IMG/VR virus record: IMGVR_UViG_3300015360_000005
Span: 1 to 56,775 of that record
DNA from: a virus
Lineage: Duplodnaviria; Caudoviricetes
Strand: one strand, 5' to 3'
DNA: 56,775 bases
Part shown: piece after piece, positions 1 through 9,804 of the stretch
How positions within the stretch are numbered: position 1 is the stretch's first letter
How the letters are laid out: each line of letters begins with the position of its first letter
Translations under genes and position numbers: made by a program
Notes under the pieces: model-generated
Seen by the model: the letters and a program-made list of their open reading frames with translations, nothing else
What the model was told of the DNA's origin: nothing
Databases searched by the model: none

Positions 1-123
1 CACAAACCGAGTCATGACGAGTCCGAACGGAACGACCTGGACAGCCAGAGCTGCCTCCGAGGCTAATTCTTGGTATTTAGTCTGTTGGTCACCCGAGCTG
101 AGTTTATTTTGTGCCGTTTCAGG
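1..123. repeat. Terminal direct repeat (assembly overlap), left copy
   Basis: Identical to 56653-56775; the ORF starting at 55466 continues in frame into ORF 14..2236. Confidence 0.9.
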
Positions 124-2236
124 TGACGGCACAAACCGAGTTATGACCTCACAGAATCCGGCGATCTACGCGAATTCTCTGAGCCTCGCGACACCTTTAG
201 TTGTCGCTCAAGGTGGAACAGGTATCGCCACAGTCGGGGCAAACACATTCGGCGTCATCATCGGAGGAACGACCGCGACAGGTACTCTTCAAACTGTATC
301 TCCAGGAACCGCGACTCACGTACTCACGAGTAACGGCGCTGGAGTCGCGCCGACGTTTCAAGTTGCAGCAGCGAGCGGCACGACCTTAATCGCTAATGGT
401 GGCACAAGCTCAACGACATCCTCGACTGCAAGGAAGGCGCTGAACACTGCGAAAGCCCTTGGTGGAGCTCCGTTTAACGTCACGACTTGGACAGCCAGAG
501 CTGCCTCCGAAGCTAATACATGGTTTTCCGTCTGCTGGTCACCAGAGCTGAGTTTATTTTGTGCCGTTTCAAACAACGGCACAAACCGAGTCATGACCTC
601 ACCCGACGGAACGACTTGGACAGCCAGAGCTGCCTCCGAGGCTAATACATGGTTTTCCGTCTGCTGGTCATCGGAACTGAGTTTATTCTGTGCCGTTTCA
701 AACGACGGCACAAACCGAGTCATGACGAGTCCGAACGGAACGACCTGGACAGCCCGTGCTGCTTCAGAAGCTAATACATGGTATTCCGTCTGTTGGTCTC
801 CCGAACTGAGTTTATTTTGTGCCGTTTCAATCGACGGCACAAACCGAGTTATGACGAGTCCGAACGGAATTACTTGGACAGCCCGTGCTGCCTCCGAGGC
901 TAATCAGTGGTATTCAGTCTGTTGGTCGCCGGAACTGAGTTTATTTTGTGCCGTTTCAAACGACGGCACAAACCGAGTCATGACGAGTCCGAACGGAACG
1001 ACCTGGACAGCCCGTGCTGCTTCAGAAGCTAATCAGTGGTTTTCCGTCTGCTGGTCACCAGAGCTGAGTTTATTTTGCGCCACTTCAGCCAACGGCACAA
1101 ACCGAGTCATGACGAGTCCGAACGGAACGACCTGGACAGCCAGAGCTGCCTCCGAGGCTAATCAGTGGCGTTTCGTCTGTTGGTCTCCCGAACTGAGTTT
1201 ATTTTGCGCCACTTCACCCACCGGCACAAACCGAGTTATGACGAGTCCGAACGGAACGACCTGGACAGCCAGAGCTGCCCCCGAGGCTAATTCTTTGCGT
1301 TCCGTCTGTTGGTCGCCGGAACTGAGTTTATTTTGTGCCGTTTCAAGCGACGGCACAAACCGTGTCATGATTTCACAGAATCCGGCGATTCCAGATGCGC
1401 GTCTGCTGAACCTGAATGCAGGTCTGTGCAACGGGAGACTGACGCTCACATCGGGAACGGCGGTGACGACCTCGGATGTGACGGGAGCAACGTCGATATA
1501 CTTCACACCCTATCTCGGGAATCGAATCAGCCTCTACGATGGAGCGAACTGGAAATTTTATACATTTACAGAACGCACGCTCGCGCTGGGAACGCTGACC
1601 GCATCCCTACCGTATGATGTGTTTATTTATGATAATTCTGGAACACTGACGATGGAGTCGTTGGCGTGGACCAACGGGACAACACGCGCAACGGCGCTTG
1701 TTCTGCAGGATGGCGTACTCAGTAGAACGGGCTCGCTCACACGGCGCTATCTCGGAACGTTTTTCACGACCGCCACAACTACGACCGAGGACAGCGCCAG
1801 TAAGCGCCACGTGTGGAACATGTACAACCGCGAGCGGAGGAACTTACTGGCTAATGACGCCACAGTAAGTTGGACATACACAACGGATACGTGGCGTCAG
1901 GCTAACGGCATTTCTGCGAATCAGGTATCTGTGATAGCTGGACAACCAACACTGGTTGAAGCGAATTTGCAGGCATTGTCGCACAGCTCCGATGCGTCGA
2001 ACCGTTTTAGCGCAATCGGAGTCGGATCAACCTCGAGCGCTAGCGGAGACACTCTGGGATACCGAGCTGGCGGATCGTACGCGGACTATGGCTTCGCGAC
2101 CATCAAAACATTCCAGCCTGCGGGATATCAATATTACGCATGGATCGAGCGTTCTACCGCCAGCGGAACAACTACTTGGTACGGAACAAGTGGGGCCGCT
2201 TACAAGTCAGGTATTCACGGATCGATTTTTAACTGA
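1..2236 (+). CDS. C-terminal part of a ~1140-aa tail fibre/adhesin-like protein with two 7-blade beta-propeller repeat arrays (gene starts at 55466 and crosses the join)
   Basis: 43-aa repeats TWTARAASEANxWxSVCWSPELSLFCAVSxxGTNRVMTSPNG; GGTG fibre-like linkers; C-terminal domain GRLTLTSGTAVTTSDVTGATSIYFTPY resembling phage fibre proteins. Confidence 0.75.
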   Translation, partial: TNRVMTSPNGTTWTARAASEANSWYLVCWSPELSLFCAVSGDGTNRVMTSQNPAIYANSLSLATPLVVAQGGTGIATVGANTFGVIIGGTTATGTLQTVSPGTATHVLTSNGAGVAPTFQVAAASGTTLIANGGTSSTTSSTARKALNTAKALGGAPFNVTTWTARAASEANTWFSVCWSPELSLFCAVSNNGTNRVMTSPDGTTWTARAASEANTWFSVCWSSELSLFCAVSNDGTNRVMTSPNGTTWTARAASEANTWYSVCWSPELSLFCAVSIDGTNRVMTSPNGITWTARAASEANQWYSVCWSPELSLFCAVSNDGTNRVMTSPNGTTWTARAASEANQWFSVCWSPELSLFCATSANGTNRVMTSPNGTTWTARAASEANQWRFVCWSPELSLFCATSPTGTNRVMTSPNGTTWTARAAPEANSLRSVCWSPELSLFCAVSSDGTNRVMISQNPAIPDARLLNLNAGLCNGRLTLTSGTAVTTSDVTGATSIYFTPYLGNRISLYDGANWKFYTFTERTLALGTLTASLPYDVFIYDNSGTLTMESLAWTNGTTRATALVLQDGVLSRTGSLTRRYLGTFFTTATTTTEDSASKRHVWNMYNRERRNLLANDATVSWTYTTDTWRQANGISANQVSVIAGQPTLVEANLQALSHSSDASNRFSAIGVGSTSSASGDTLGYRAGGSYADYGFATIKTFQPAGYQYYAWIERSTASGTTTWYGTSGAAYKSGIHGSIFN
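484..1385 (+). repeat. Seven tandem 129-bp repeats (second propeller)
   Basis: Counted directly: EANTWFS, EANTWFS, EANTWYS, EANQWYS, EANQWFS, EANQWRF, EANSLRS units. Confidence 0.95.
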
Positions 2237-2245
2237 GGAGGTCAC

Positions 2246-2617
2246 ATGCGGTTCTTAATTGCGATTCTTTTTCTTTCTGCGTCGGCATATGCGGCTGACG
2301 TTGACGTTGACAAGATGGCGCAACTGGATGCGGCGCTGAAGGCCGTGTGTCCCGTGGACGGATTTTCGGCAAACGGCAGGACCATCACCAAGATTGATTT
2401 TAAGCCCGAATCCACGACACAGCAGCGCGCGGACGCTCAGGCCGTTGTCTTGGCCTTCGATTGGGATAAAGAAACCTTAGGCACCACTCAGCGCAAAAGT
2501 GACATACAGGACATCACGGTAATTTTGGCGAAGCCCGACGCCGATATTTCCGCGGACGAATTCAGGGCACTTATGCTCAGACTTGCGCGACGCTGGCTGC
2601 TGGAAACCAAAAATTAA
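2246..2617 (+). CDS. Hypothetical protein with signal-peptide-like N-terminus; possible fibre partner
   Basis: GAGGAGG RBS; MRFLIAILFLSASAYA leader; directly after the fibre gene. Confidence 0.7.
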   Translation: MRFLIAILFLSASAYAADVDVDKMAQLDAALKAVCPVDGFSANGRTITKIDFKPESTTQQRADAQAVVLAFDWDKETLGTTQRKSDIQDITVILAKPDADISADEFRALMLRLARRWLLETKN

Positions 2618-2631
2618 GAATGATTTCAAAT

Positions 2632-2656
2632 GCGGGTCTTGTGACCTGCTTTATTT
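2632..2656 (+). terminator. Putative intrinsic terminator
   Basis: GCGGGTC-TTGT-GACCTGC hairpin followed by TTTATTT. Confidence 0.5.
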
Positions 2657-2678
2657 AAAGTAATGGGAGAAGTAGGTA

Positions 2679-3215
2679 ATGGCAATCATCGAAGCATCAC
2701 GTAAGAACAGCAGTGGTAGACGTGAAGTGGATATCATGCGTCACACGTCCGTTCCGGCTGTGACGGACGACACAAACACCGACGTCATCGTCGGGACGAT
2801 CTGGGAGAAGGTCGACGCCGATGGCAAGGTGGAAGAGCGCTACGAATGCACGTCCGCTGCGTCCGGTGCTGCTGCATGGGTTCGCATCGCTCCGGATAAC
2901 GTCATGCACGTGATCACCGATCCGGGCAATGCTGGCGCGATCCCCGCCACGCAGAGCGGATCCTGCAAGATCGTATCCGCAGGAGCAGAAACGCGTACAC
3001 TGGCGATCCCGACGTTCGCCGGACAGAAGTTGTCGCTCTATATGGACACCGACGGCGGTGACTGCGTGATTACGTCCGCGCAAAGAATCAACGTCGCCGG
3101 AAACACAACGATCACCTTGAACGACGCGGGTGACATTATCAATCTCGAAGCGATACGGATCGCTAACGCCCTCCGTTGGCAAGTTGTTCTGAACACGACG
3201 GCAACTCTTGGCTAA
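2679..3215 (+). CDS. Hypothetical virion/decoration-type protein
   Basis: 178 aa, beta-strand rich in A/G/T/V, RBS present, in a structural gene block. Confidence 0.6.
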   Translation: MAIIEASRKNSSGRREVDIMRHTSVPAVTDDTNTDVIVGTIWEKVDADGKVEERYECTSAASGAAAWVRIAPDNVMHVITDPGNAGAIPATQSGSCKIVSAGAETRTLAIPTFAGQKLSLYMDTDGGDCVITSAQRINVAGNTTITLNDAGDIINLEAIRIANALRWQVVLNTTATLG

Positions 3216-3246
3216 TTCAAACCCTTACTAAGGAGGTGATCCAGTA

Positions 3247-3624
3247 ATGCCGAACACTGATACATACAATCGTCCTAAACTCGCGGGAGTGAATGCGACC
3301 GCGATGGTTAAGTCGATGAAGGTTTCGGAAGGACCGAACGCGGTCGCCGCATTGGATCCCGATACAGGCACCGACGGGATTTTCACATCCGACCATCAGG
3401 CGGACTTGACGGAAGGTGGTACTGCAACTGAAGACGTTCAGACGATCATGCGTAGCACCCAGGAAATGATTATTGATGTAGTCGGAAACGTCTCCTTGCA
3501 GGTCAAGGTCTTTTCGGTCACGGGAGCAGGTGTTGCGACTCAAGTCGGAGCGACTGCAAACTACCCACATCCGCAGAACATGGACACGATCCAAGCCGAC
3601 GGAGGTCGCGCGCGTCAGACGTAA
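3247..3624 (+). CDS. Hypothetical protein
   Basis: Strong AAGGAGGT RBS, 125-aa ORF. Confidence 0.7.
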   Translation: MPNTDTYNRPKLAGVNATAMVKSMKVSEGPNAVAALDPDTGTDGIFTSDHQADLTEGGTATEDVQTIMRSTQEMIIDVVGNVSLQVKVFSVTGAGVATQVGATANYPHPQNMDTIQADGGRARQT

Positions 3625-3642
3625 ACGACTTCACGCTTTGAA

Positions 3643-3670
3643 GCCCGACTCGCTCACATAGGAGTCGGGC
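3643..3670 (+). terminator. Intergenic hairpin
   Basis: GCCCGACTC...GAGTCGGGC stem, weak U-tract. Confidence 0.4.
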
Positions 3671-3694
3671 CTTATTATGTAAGGAGTCAAGCGC

Positions 3695-5800
3695 GTGATA
3701 GCGTCGACAGTAGAAATTCAAATCCCTCAGTTGTTCGCCGATCTACTGCCGATGACGCAGAGGGAGATTGCTATTGAACACGCTCCGCTTTATGGACGCT
3801 TCAGTCAATTCGTTTTGGCTGAGCTCTTTCAAGTAGCGTCGACATACGTACACCAGGAAATTCTGATCCTCACGCGTCGCGTGGCTATGTTGCAGTCACA
3901 GATCGACAAATGGTTGGATAACTGCGGAGTAAAGACTCGCAAGCGAAACAATGGCCTCTGCTTCACAGGGACTGGATCGTCGATCTACATTGTCAACCCA
4001 GACGGCATGAACATCAACGATTTCCCTTTCACCTTGATCGACCGATTAGTAGTATGTGAAGCAGAGACCATCCCTCAGCCGTTGTTTCAATCACTGCGGA
4101 CCCTAGTGCGCGCACAGATCGTATGTATTAGCGTGTATGGTACGGAGGACGATTGGTTCTATCGATGGGCACGGAGCGGAGCAACTCTGCATCGCTTCCC
4201 TGCGAACGAGATCATAGTTGCGTTCCCTGATCAGTGCCGTCGATACGAAGAACTGAAAGCAGCGTTTAGTCCGAACGAGATCGCAAGACACTTAAACTTG
4301 CAGGACGTACAGGTGCTCTCACGTAAGAAGGCAAAGTATCTGTTATGGGTACTGGACATCATGCCTGCTTACTGCGAGCTCCCACCGTCTAAGATGCATC
4401 AGGAGATGGACGGTATCTTCGCGCACATGACAAACAAGCGCAAGCTGAAGATTGTTATCGAAGGACCGCGCGACAGCGCAAAGTCAACTCATGGTGCGGA
4501 AGGCTTTGTTTTGTATAGTGTGTGTCATGCTATGGAGACGTATATCCTGATCATTTCGGATACGACTGAGCAAGCATGCAAGCATTTGGACGTGATCAAG
4601 GAAGAACTTGTTTCCAATGAGCTAGTTGCTGAGCGTTATCCGGACTGCTTCGGAGAGGGACCTGTTTGGAAGAATAACGCAATCGAAACGAGAAATGGAA
4701 TAAGAATAGAGGCACTCGGTGCTGGAAAGAAGATCCGCGGTCGCCGCTTCAAGAACCATCGACCCTCGCTTATCGTAGGTGACGATCTTGAAGGCGACGA
4801 AGCAATCCACTCGGCAAAGATGCGAGAGCATCGTTTGGAATGGTTCCTAAAAGGTGTGATGAAGGCAGGCGGACCGAACACTAACTTTCTCGTATTAGGA
4901 AGCCGCTTGCAGAGCTCATGTCTCGTTGCGAAGCTTGCTGCGTCTCCTGGATGGGACGACTACCTTTATAAAAGCATTATCAAGTTCCCGCACCGGATGG
5001 ACCTCTGGGCGGAGTGGGAACGGATACTGCGAGACGTCCAGTTGGACAGACCTGCGTACGAGGCTCGCGTCTTTTACGAAGGGCACAAAGAGGACATGGA
5101 CGCTGGAGCGGACATCTTATGGAAAGAGCGTGAAGATCTTTACACACTCATGCTCATGCGCGCTACGGATGGACACGCTGCATTCGAATCCGAAAAGCAA
5201 AACAATCCGATCGACCCTACGAAGTGTGAATGGAGTCCGATCCTGTTCGAGGATCGTTGGTTCACAGATTGGCCGGAGAACTTGCGTGTAGTAGTAGGCG
5301 CGTTGGACCCTAGCAAGGGTAAGTCGGACAAGATTGGTGACTATCAGGGAATGGTCGCAGTCGGTATCGATGACAAGTTGCGCATCTACGTGGACGCGGA
5401 CATCACACGCAGACCGATGACCGAGATGTGTGACGCATATGCTAACTTCCTGAACAATGTGGGAGCATCGGTCGGAGTTTGTGAAGCGGACCAGTTTCAG
5501 GAATTGCTCCTACCTGAAATCGAAGACAGCACAACACAGGCTCTTATGACATGTAACATAGAGCCGATCACAACACAGAGTATCAACAAGAATCTTCGCA
5601 TCCGCCGTTTAGGACCATGGATCAACCGCGGACGTTGTTTATTCAGGAGAGGTAGTCCGGGGATCCAATTGCTCATACAGCAGTTGTGCGAGTTCCCAAA
5701 CAGTGACCACGACGATGGACCGGACGCTTTTGAGATGGCTCTACGTCGTGCATTGGAAGCGTTAAACGTGACGGTCGAAGACCTAAGGAATCCACTCTAA
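3695..5800 (+). CDS. terL: Terminase large subunit with an extra N-terminal degenerate ATPase-like domain
   Basis: Walker A EGPRDSAKST, IRGRR, Walker B LIVGDDLE, nuclease motifs ALDPS and HDDGPDA; followed by portal. Confidence 0.93.
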   Translation: MIASTVEIQIPQLFADLLPMTQREIAIEHAPLYGRFSQFVLAELFQVASTYVHQEILILTRRVAMLQSQIDKWLDNCGVKTRKRNNGLCFTGTGSSIYIVNPDGMNINDFPFTLIDRLVVCEAETIPQPLFQSLRTLVRAQIVCISVYGTEDDWFYRWARSGATLHRFPANEIIVAFPDQCRRYEELKAAFSPNEIARHLNLQDVQVLSRKKAKYLLWVLDIMPAYCELPPSKMHQEMDGIFAHMTNKRKLKIVIEGPRDSAKSTHGAEGFVLYSVCHAMETYILIISDTTEQACKHLDVIKEELVSNELVAERYPDCFGEGPVWKNNAIETRNGIRIEALGAGKKIRGRRFKNHRPSLIVGDDLEGDEAIHSAKMREHRLEWFLKGVMKAGGPNTNFLVLGSRLQSSCLVAKLAASPGWDDYLYKSIIKFPHRMDLWAEWERILRDVQLDRPAYEARVFYEGHKEDMDAGADILWKEREDLYTLMLMRATDGHAAFESEKQNNPIDPTKCEWSPILFEDRWFTDWPENLRVVVGALDPSKGKSDKIGDYQGMVAVGIDDKLRIYVDADITRRPMTEMCDAYANFLNNVGASVGVCEADQFQELLLPEIEDSTTQALMTCNIEPITTQSINKNLRIRRLGPWINRGRCLFRRGSPGIQLLIQQLCEFPNSDHDDGPDAFEMALRRALEALNVTVEDLRNPL

Positions 5801-7578
5801 TGCCGAATCCTGGAAAGCGGATTATCGAGCTCCGTCACCCTACGTGGACAAAGACGCACGACTCGATGGTGAACTGGCGTCTCGCGTACGAAGGTGGCGA
5901 AGCGTTTGTCAACAAGAACTTGAGACGGTACTCGCGCCGCGAGACTCCAACCGAGTTCACTGAACGCAAGACTATCTCGTACAATCCGTCTCACACGAAG
6001 CGCGTGGTAAATTCGATTAGGAATTCCATTGCAGCCAAGCTCAACGAGGTCGTGCGCACTGGCGATCCCGCGTACCAAAAGATTATCCAAGAGGACATCG
6101 ACAACAAGAAGTCGTCCATCGATTCATTCTTGGCGTCGCAAGTCCTACCAATGCTTCTGGTACAAAAGCGAGCGCTCATATGTGTGGACGCGCCTCCGTT
6201 GCCTGAGAAGACAACTAAGGCAGAGGACGACGGTCACCCGTATGCGTGGTTCGTATCTGCGGAAGACTTGCTTACCTTCCACGAAGACGACGATGATGGC
6301 ATCCTGGACGTTGCGTTGATCCGCGAGTCCATCGATGAGACCGACGATGAGACGGGTCTGACAACTAAGTGTCGGATGCGCTATCGCTTCATCAAGTACC
6401 TGAAGCCTGGAATGGAATTCGGTGGCTTCAGCGGCGAAGGTGTATTGATCGCGCTGTACAAAGACAACGGTGAAGAAGACGGCGAGCCTGTGTTTATCAA
6501 AGGCATGACGCGACTGCCGTTGATCGACATCAACATTACAACGTCGATCGTGGAGGACATTGTCCGCCACCAGATTAGTTTGTTGAACCTTGCGTCCACG
6601 GACATGCAGTTCCTGTATCGCGCGAACTTCCCTGTGTTCACGCGCCAGATCAAGCCGAACAAGTCACTTGCACCTAAGATGGGTACGAAGAAGGTTGCGA
6701 GTGCTCCGGCTACTGTGTCACAGAGCTCCGAGTTCGACGAAGACGACAGCAATAATAAAGGTGCAACGCAGATGGGCGTGAGCACTGGATTGCAATACGA
6801 AGAAGGACTGAATTCTCCTAGCTTTATTGCGCCGACGACAGAGAATATCAAAATCTCGTTGGAGAAGCAGAGGGCACTGGTAGAAGAAATCCAAGTGCTG
6901 AGTGACCTTTCGTTGACGAACTTGTCGATCAAGGCATTGGAGCAATCAGGTAAGTCAAAGTCGATGGACCAGATTGGTAAGGAGGCTGGACTCGCATATC
7001 TCGGCACTGTGTTAGAGACCGCTGAGCGAGAGCTTGCGGAAGTCTTTCATGAGTTCCTCTCCTCGGCGGTTGAGTATACTATTACATATCCAACAGACTA
7101 CTCACTGAAGACACAGCAGGAACGCAACGAGGAGTGCGAGTCGCTCGACAAGGTTAAGAAGCTGATCCGCAATAAAATGTATCAGAAGTCTGTTGAGAAG
7201 CGCATTGCAGAGATCGCTACGCGACCGTTTGAATCTGCGGAAGAAGTAAAGAAGATCCAAGACAGCATCGACTTAGAATCTTGGCTCGACGACAATAACG
7301 AACGCGCGATCGCGATCCAACAGGATGTGATGAACAAGATCATGTCTGTGCCTACTGCACAAGCAATGCGCGGACTGGATCCAGAGGTGGAGAAGGCTGC
7401 ACTGGAAGCAGCGGCGTCTGCCGAAGCGGACTTACTAAGCGGCGGGATCGTTGACCCTGTAACAGGTGAGATGGTAGATCCGATTACTGGTGAACCAATG
7501 AAGGACAAGATCGATCCACTCACGGGGGAGTCACCCTTCGGTAAAAAGAAACCGTTTGTACCGTTCGGAAAGAAGTAG
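5800..7578 (+). CDS. Portal protein
   Basis: 592 aa, translationally coupled to TerL; N-terminal HP..W...YEGGEAF...L.RYSRRE pattern typical of siphophage portals. Confidence 0.8.
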   Translation: MPNPGKRIIELRHPTWTKTHDSMVNWRLAYEGGEAFVNKNLRRYSRRETPTEFTERKTISYNPSHTKRVVNSIRNSIAAKLNEVVRTGDPAYQKIIQEDIDNKKSSIDSFLASQVLPMLLVQKRALICVDAPPLPEKTTKAEDDGHPYAWFVSAEDLLTFHEDDDDGILDVALIRESIDETDDETGLTTKCRMRYRFIKYLKPGMEFGGFSGEGVLIALYKDNGEEDGEPVFIKGMTRLPLIDINITTSIVEDIVRHQISLLNLASTDMQFLYRANFPVFTRQIKPNKSLAPKMGTKKVASAPATVSQSSEFDEDDSNNKGATQMGVSTGLQYEEGLNSPSFIAPTTENIKISLEKQRALVEEIQVLSDLSLTNLSIKALEQSGKSKSMDQIGKEAGLAYLGTVLETAERELAEVFHEFLSSAVEYTITYPTDYSLKTQQERNEECESLDKVKKLIRNKMYQKSVEKRIAEIATRPFESAEEVKKIQDSIDLESWLDDNNERAIAIQQDVMNKIMSVPTAQAMRGLDPEVEKAALEAAASAEADLLSGGIVDPVTGEMVDPITGEPMKDKIDPLTGESPFGKKKPFVPFGKK

Positions 7579-7581
7579 CCT

Positions 7582-8754
7582 ATGGGTTTCATCGACGGTG
7601 TAATTGAGAACCGTGATCGGCTCGATAAGATCACGGATCGTGCCGCGAGGGAGATGGCAAGAGCTCTTGAGGACGCAAGGCAGGAGGCGATTAAGCGTGT
7701 CAAAGAGCGAATTAAAAAGTATGAGAAGGACGGTAAGATCGCGGATTCGCTACGAGCGCGCGAGGAGCTCAAATCGGCAAACGCTGATATCCAAGATGCC
7801 TTGGATGAAGCTTTGGGACTCACTACTAGGACACTTAAAGCGGCAAAGAGAGAGGCATTCAAGAAGTCCTTTGCCGATACAATCGTCAATGTTGAGGCAG
7901 CAACGGGTGATGAAGTTTCGCTCGGAGGCTCCTTCAATCAGGTCTTTCGCAATGCGCTCGCCCGCAGCGAGTCTAAGCCTGTCCTGGGAGTCAAGGACGA
8001 CAAAGCGTTTGAAGGTGTGCGCAAATGGTCTGAGAAAAAGCTGCGGAGTACCTTTACTGAAGCGATCGCGCGTGGGGATGGAGCGGATACACTGGCGCGA
8101 AAGATCTCAGATATAACTGGAGTTGGACAGCGTGCAGCAACGCGCATCGCTCGCACGAATATGACAGCAGTGATGAACGACGCGCAGAAAGCGGTCTACG
8201 ATAAAAACTCGGATGTCATTAGAGGGTATCGTTGGAACGCTACTTTGGATGGTCGCACAAGTCTTATCTGTGCAACGCTCCATGGCAAGGAGTGGAGGAT
8301 TGGTGAAGATCCTCCCGGTCCTCCGGCGCATCCCAACTGTCGGTCGGTTCTCATCCCGGTATTCAAGGATGAAGAACTACAAGCCGAGATCGATGCAGAC
8401 GAGCAGAGAGTTCGCAACATTGGTGGGAAGGGTACACAACTCATCGATGGTGAAACAACGTTTGAGGAATGGCTAGACCGCCAGTCTAAGGACGACCGCG
8501 TTGAGTTCATTGGAAGCGAGATTCGAGAAACGCTGTGGGACAAAGGGTACGTCAAGTTCGAAGAGCTAGTTAAGCCCGACTTGACACCACGGACTGATGA
8601 AGAGGCTGTGCAGCTTGCTCTGGCCAAGGACCCTAGTAATAGAGAGCTTCGTGGGATCGCTGACGAGATGGAAGTCAAGAAAAAGAAACTAGCAGACATA
8701 CGTCGCGAGGAACGATCCCTCGCACGCAAGCAGGAATTCGATCAAGGAGAATAG
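7582..8754 (+). CDS. MuF / SPP1 gp7-like minor head protein
   Basis: RIART, W.ATLDGRTS.IC..LHG and PPAHPNCRS motifs. Confidence 0.9.
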   Translation: MGFIDGVIENRDRLDKITDRAAREMARALEDARQEAIKRVKERIKKYEKDGKIADSLRAREELKSANADIQDALDEALGLTTRTLKAAKREAFKKSFADTIVNVEAATGDEVSLGGSFNQVFRNALARSESKPVLGVKDDKAFEGVRKWSEKKLRSTFTEAIARGDGADTLARKISDITGVGQRAATRIARTNMTAVMNDAQKAVYDKNSDVIRGYRWNATLDGRTSLICATLHGKEWRIGEDPPGPPAHPNCRSVLIPVFKDEELQAEIDADEQRVRNIGGKGTQLIDGETTFEEWLDRQSKDDRVEFIGSEIRETLWDKGYVKFEELVKPDLTPRTDEEAVQLALAKDPSNRELRGIADEMEVKKKKLADIRREERSLARKQEFDQGE

Positions 8755-8815
8755 CTGGGAACTCCTGTGGTTGTGAAAGCGACATCGAAGTCTTGGCTGA
8801 GCTTGGAGATGGTCA

Positions 8816-9175
8816 ATGAGCGACATTACAAGAAAACGCGGGGACACAGTTATACTTCCGTTCACCGCAACGCACGGCTCCGGTGTGTTGAACTTGACAG
8901 GTGCTGAACTGTGGTTCACTGTCAAGGACGGAATCAAGGATAATGACGTCGACGCCATTATTCAGAAGACCATCGGCAACGGCATTACGGTTCTCTCCGC
9001 AATCGCTGGCACGCTGGAAGTAAAAATAGATCCTGCGGACACAGAAGAAATCAATATTGCAGGTAGCGAGAAGAGCTTTGTCTGGGACCTGCAAGTAAAG
9101 ACCGCTGACGATGACGTATACACGCTGGACTCGGGAACGCTGACACTGACTCCGGACGTTACACGCGCAAGCTGA
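8816..9175 (+). CDS. BppU-like Ig-fold virion protein
   Basis: RGDT..L, NLTGA...FTVK, WDLQV and GTLTLTPDVT pattern. Confidence 0.6.
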   Translation: MSDITRKRGDTVILPFTATHGSGVLNLTGAELWFTVKDGIKDNDVDAIIQKTIGNGITVLSAIAGTLEVKIDPADTEEINIAGSEKSFVWDLQVKTADDDVYTLDSGTLTLTPDVTRAS

Positions 9176-9186
9176 GGATTGTTCAC

Positions 9187-9669
9187 ATGGCATACGTACC
9201 GATCGTTCCCTACACCGACTTAGAGTTTGCGGATGGTTATTTTGGCGAACGCTTAGGGTCGGAGGCTTGGGACGTTTTGGATAACAATACAAAAGCCAAA
9301 GCGTTGAAGCACGCGACAAAGTACATTGACACATTGCCGTTCATCGGGACCAAGACAGACACGACTCTCGATGAAGATAAGCGTCCAAATCAGCCACGTG
9401 AATTTCCGCGTGAAGGATACACGGAGATTCCTGACGAGGTGATGGAAGCAACGTGCGAAGCAGCACTGGCAATACTGAACGGTGATACTTTGGAGAACTT
9501 GCAGACGCAAGCGGAAGTGACATCTACTAGTACAGGCGATGCGTCTTCTTCCTTCGATACAACGAATCGAAAGATAGACATCAACGATGGGCTCATATCT
9601 GCAATGGTGTTGCGTTTGTTGCATGAGTGGCTCATCGATCCAAACGTTGTACGGCTCGAAAGAGTCTAA
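9187..9669 (+). CDS. Head-tail adaptor (DnaT-like family)
   Basis: Y.....ADGYF..RL...AW, AL..AT.YID, Q..EFPR, IP.EV..A.CE.AL motifs. Confidence 0.65.
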   Translation: MAYVPIVPYTDLEFADGYFGERLGSEAWDVLDNNTKAKALKHATKYIDTLPFIGTKTDTTLDEDKRPNQPREFPREGYTEIPDEVMEATCEAALAILNGDTLENLQTQAEVTSTSTGDASSSFDTTNRKIDINDGLISAMVLRLLHEWLIDPNVVRLERV

Positions 9670-9804
9670 GTCGTGCGCACCGGACGAGATGTAACGGAGC
9701 GGTCGAATCGCCGGACTACTGGCGGGTGAAGTACAAGTCTGGTCCCAGACGAATACGGGATGCGTTGTATCACCTTCGCGGATAGGTGGGATAGGAGCTC
9801 GGTG

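Noticed and set aside
1-123. Biological terminal repeat of the virion DNA
   Set aside because: It falls inside a coding tandem repeat and looks like an assembler overlap.
9670-9760. Twister or HDV-like ribozyme
   Set aside because: I could not build the full consensus fold by eye.
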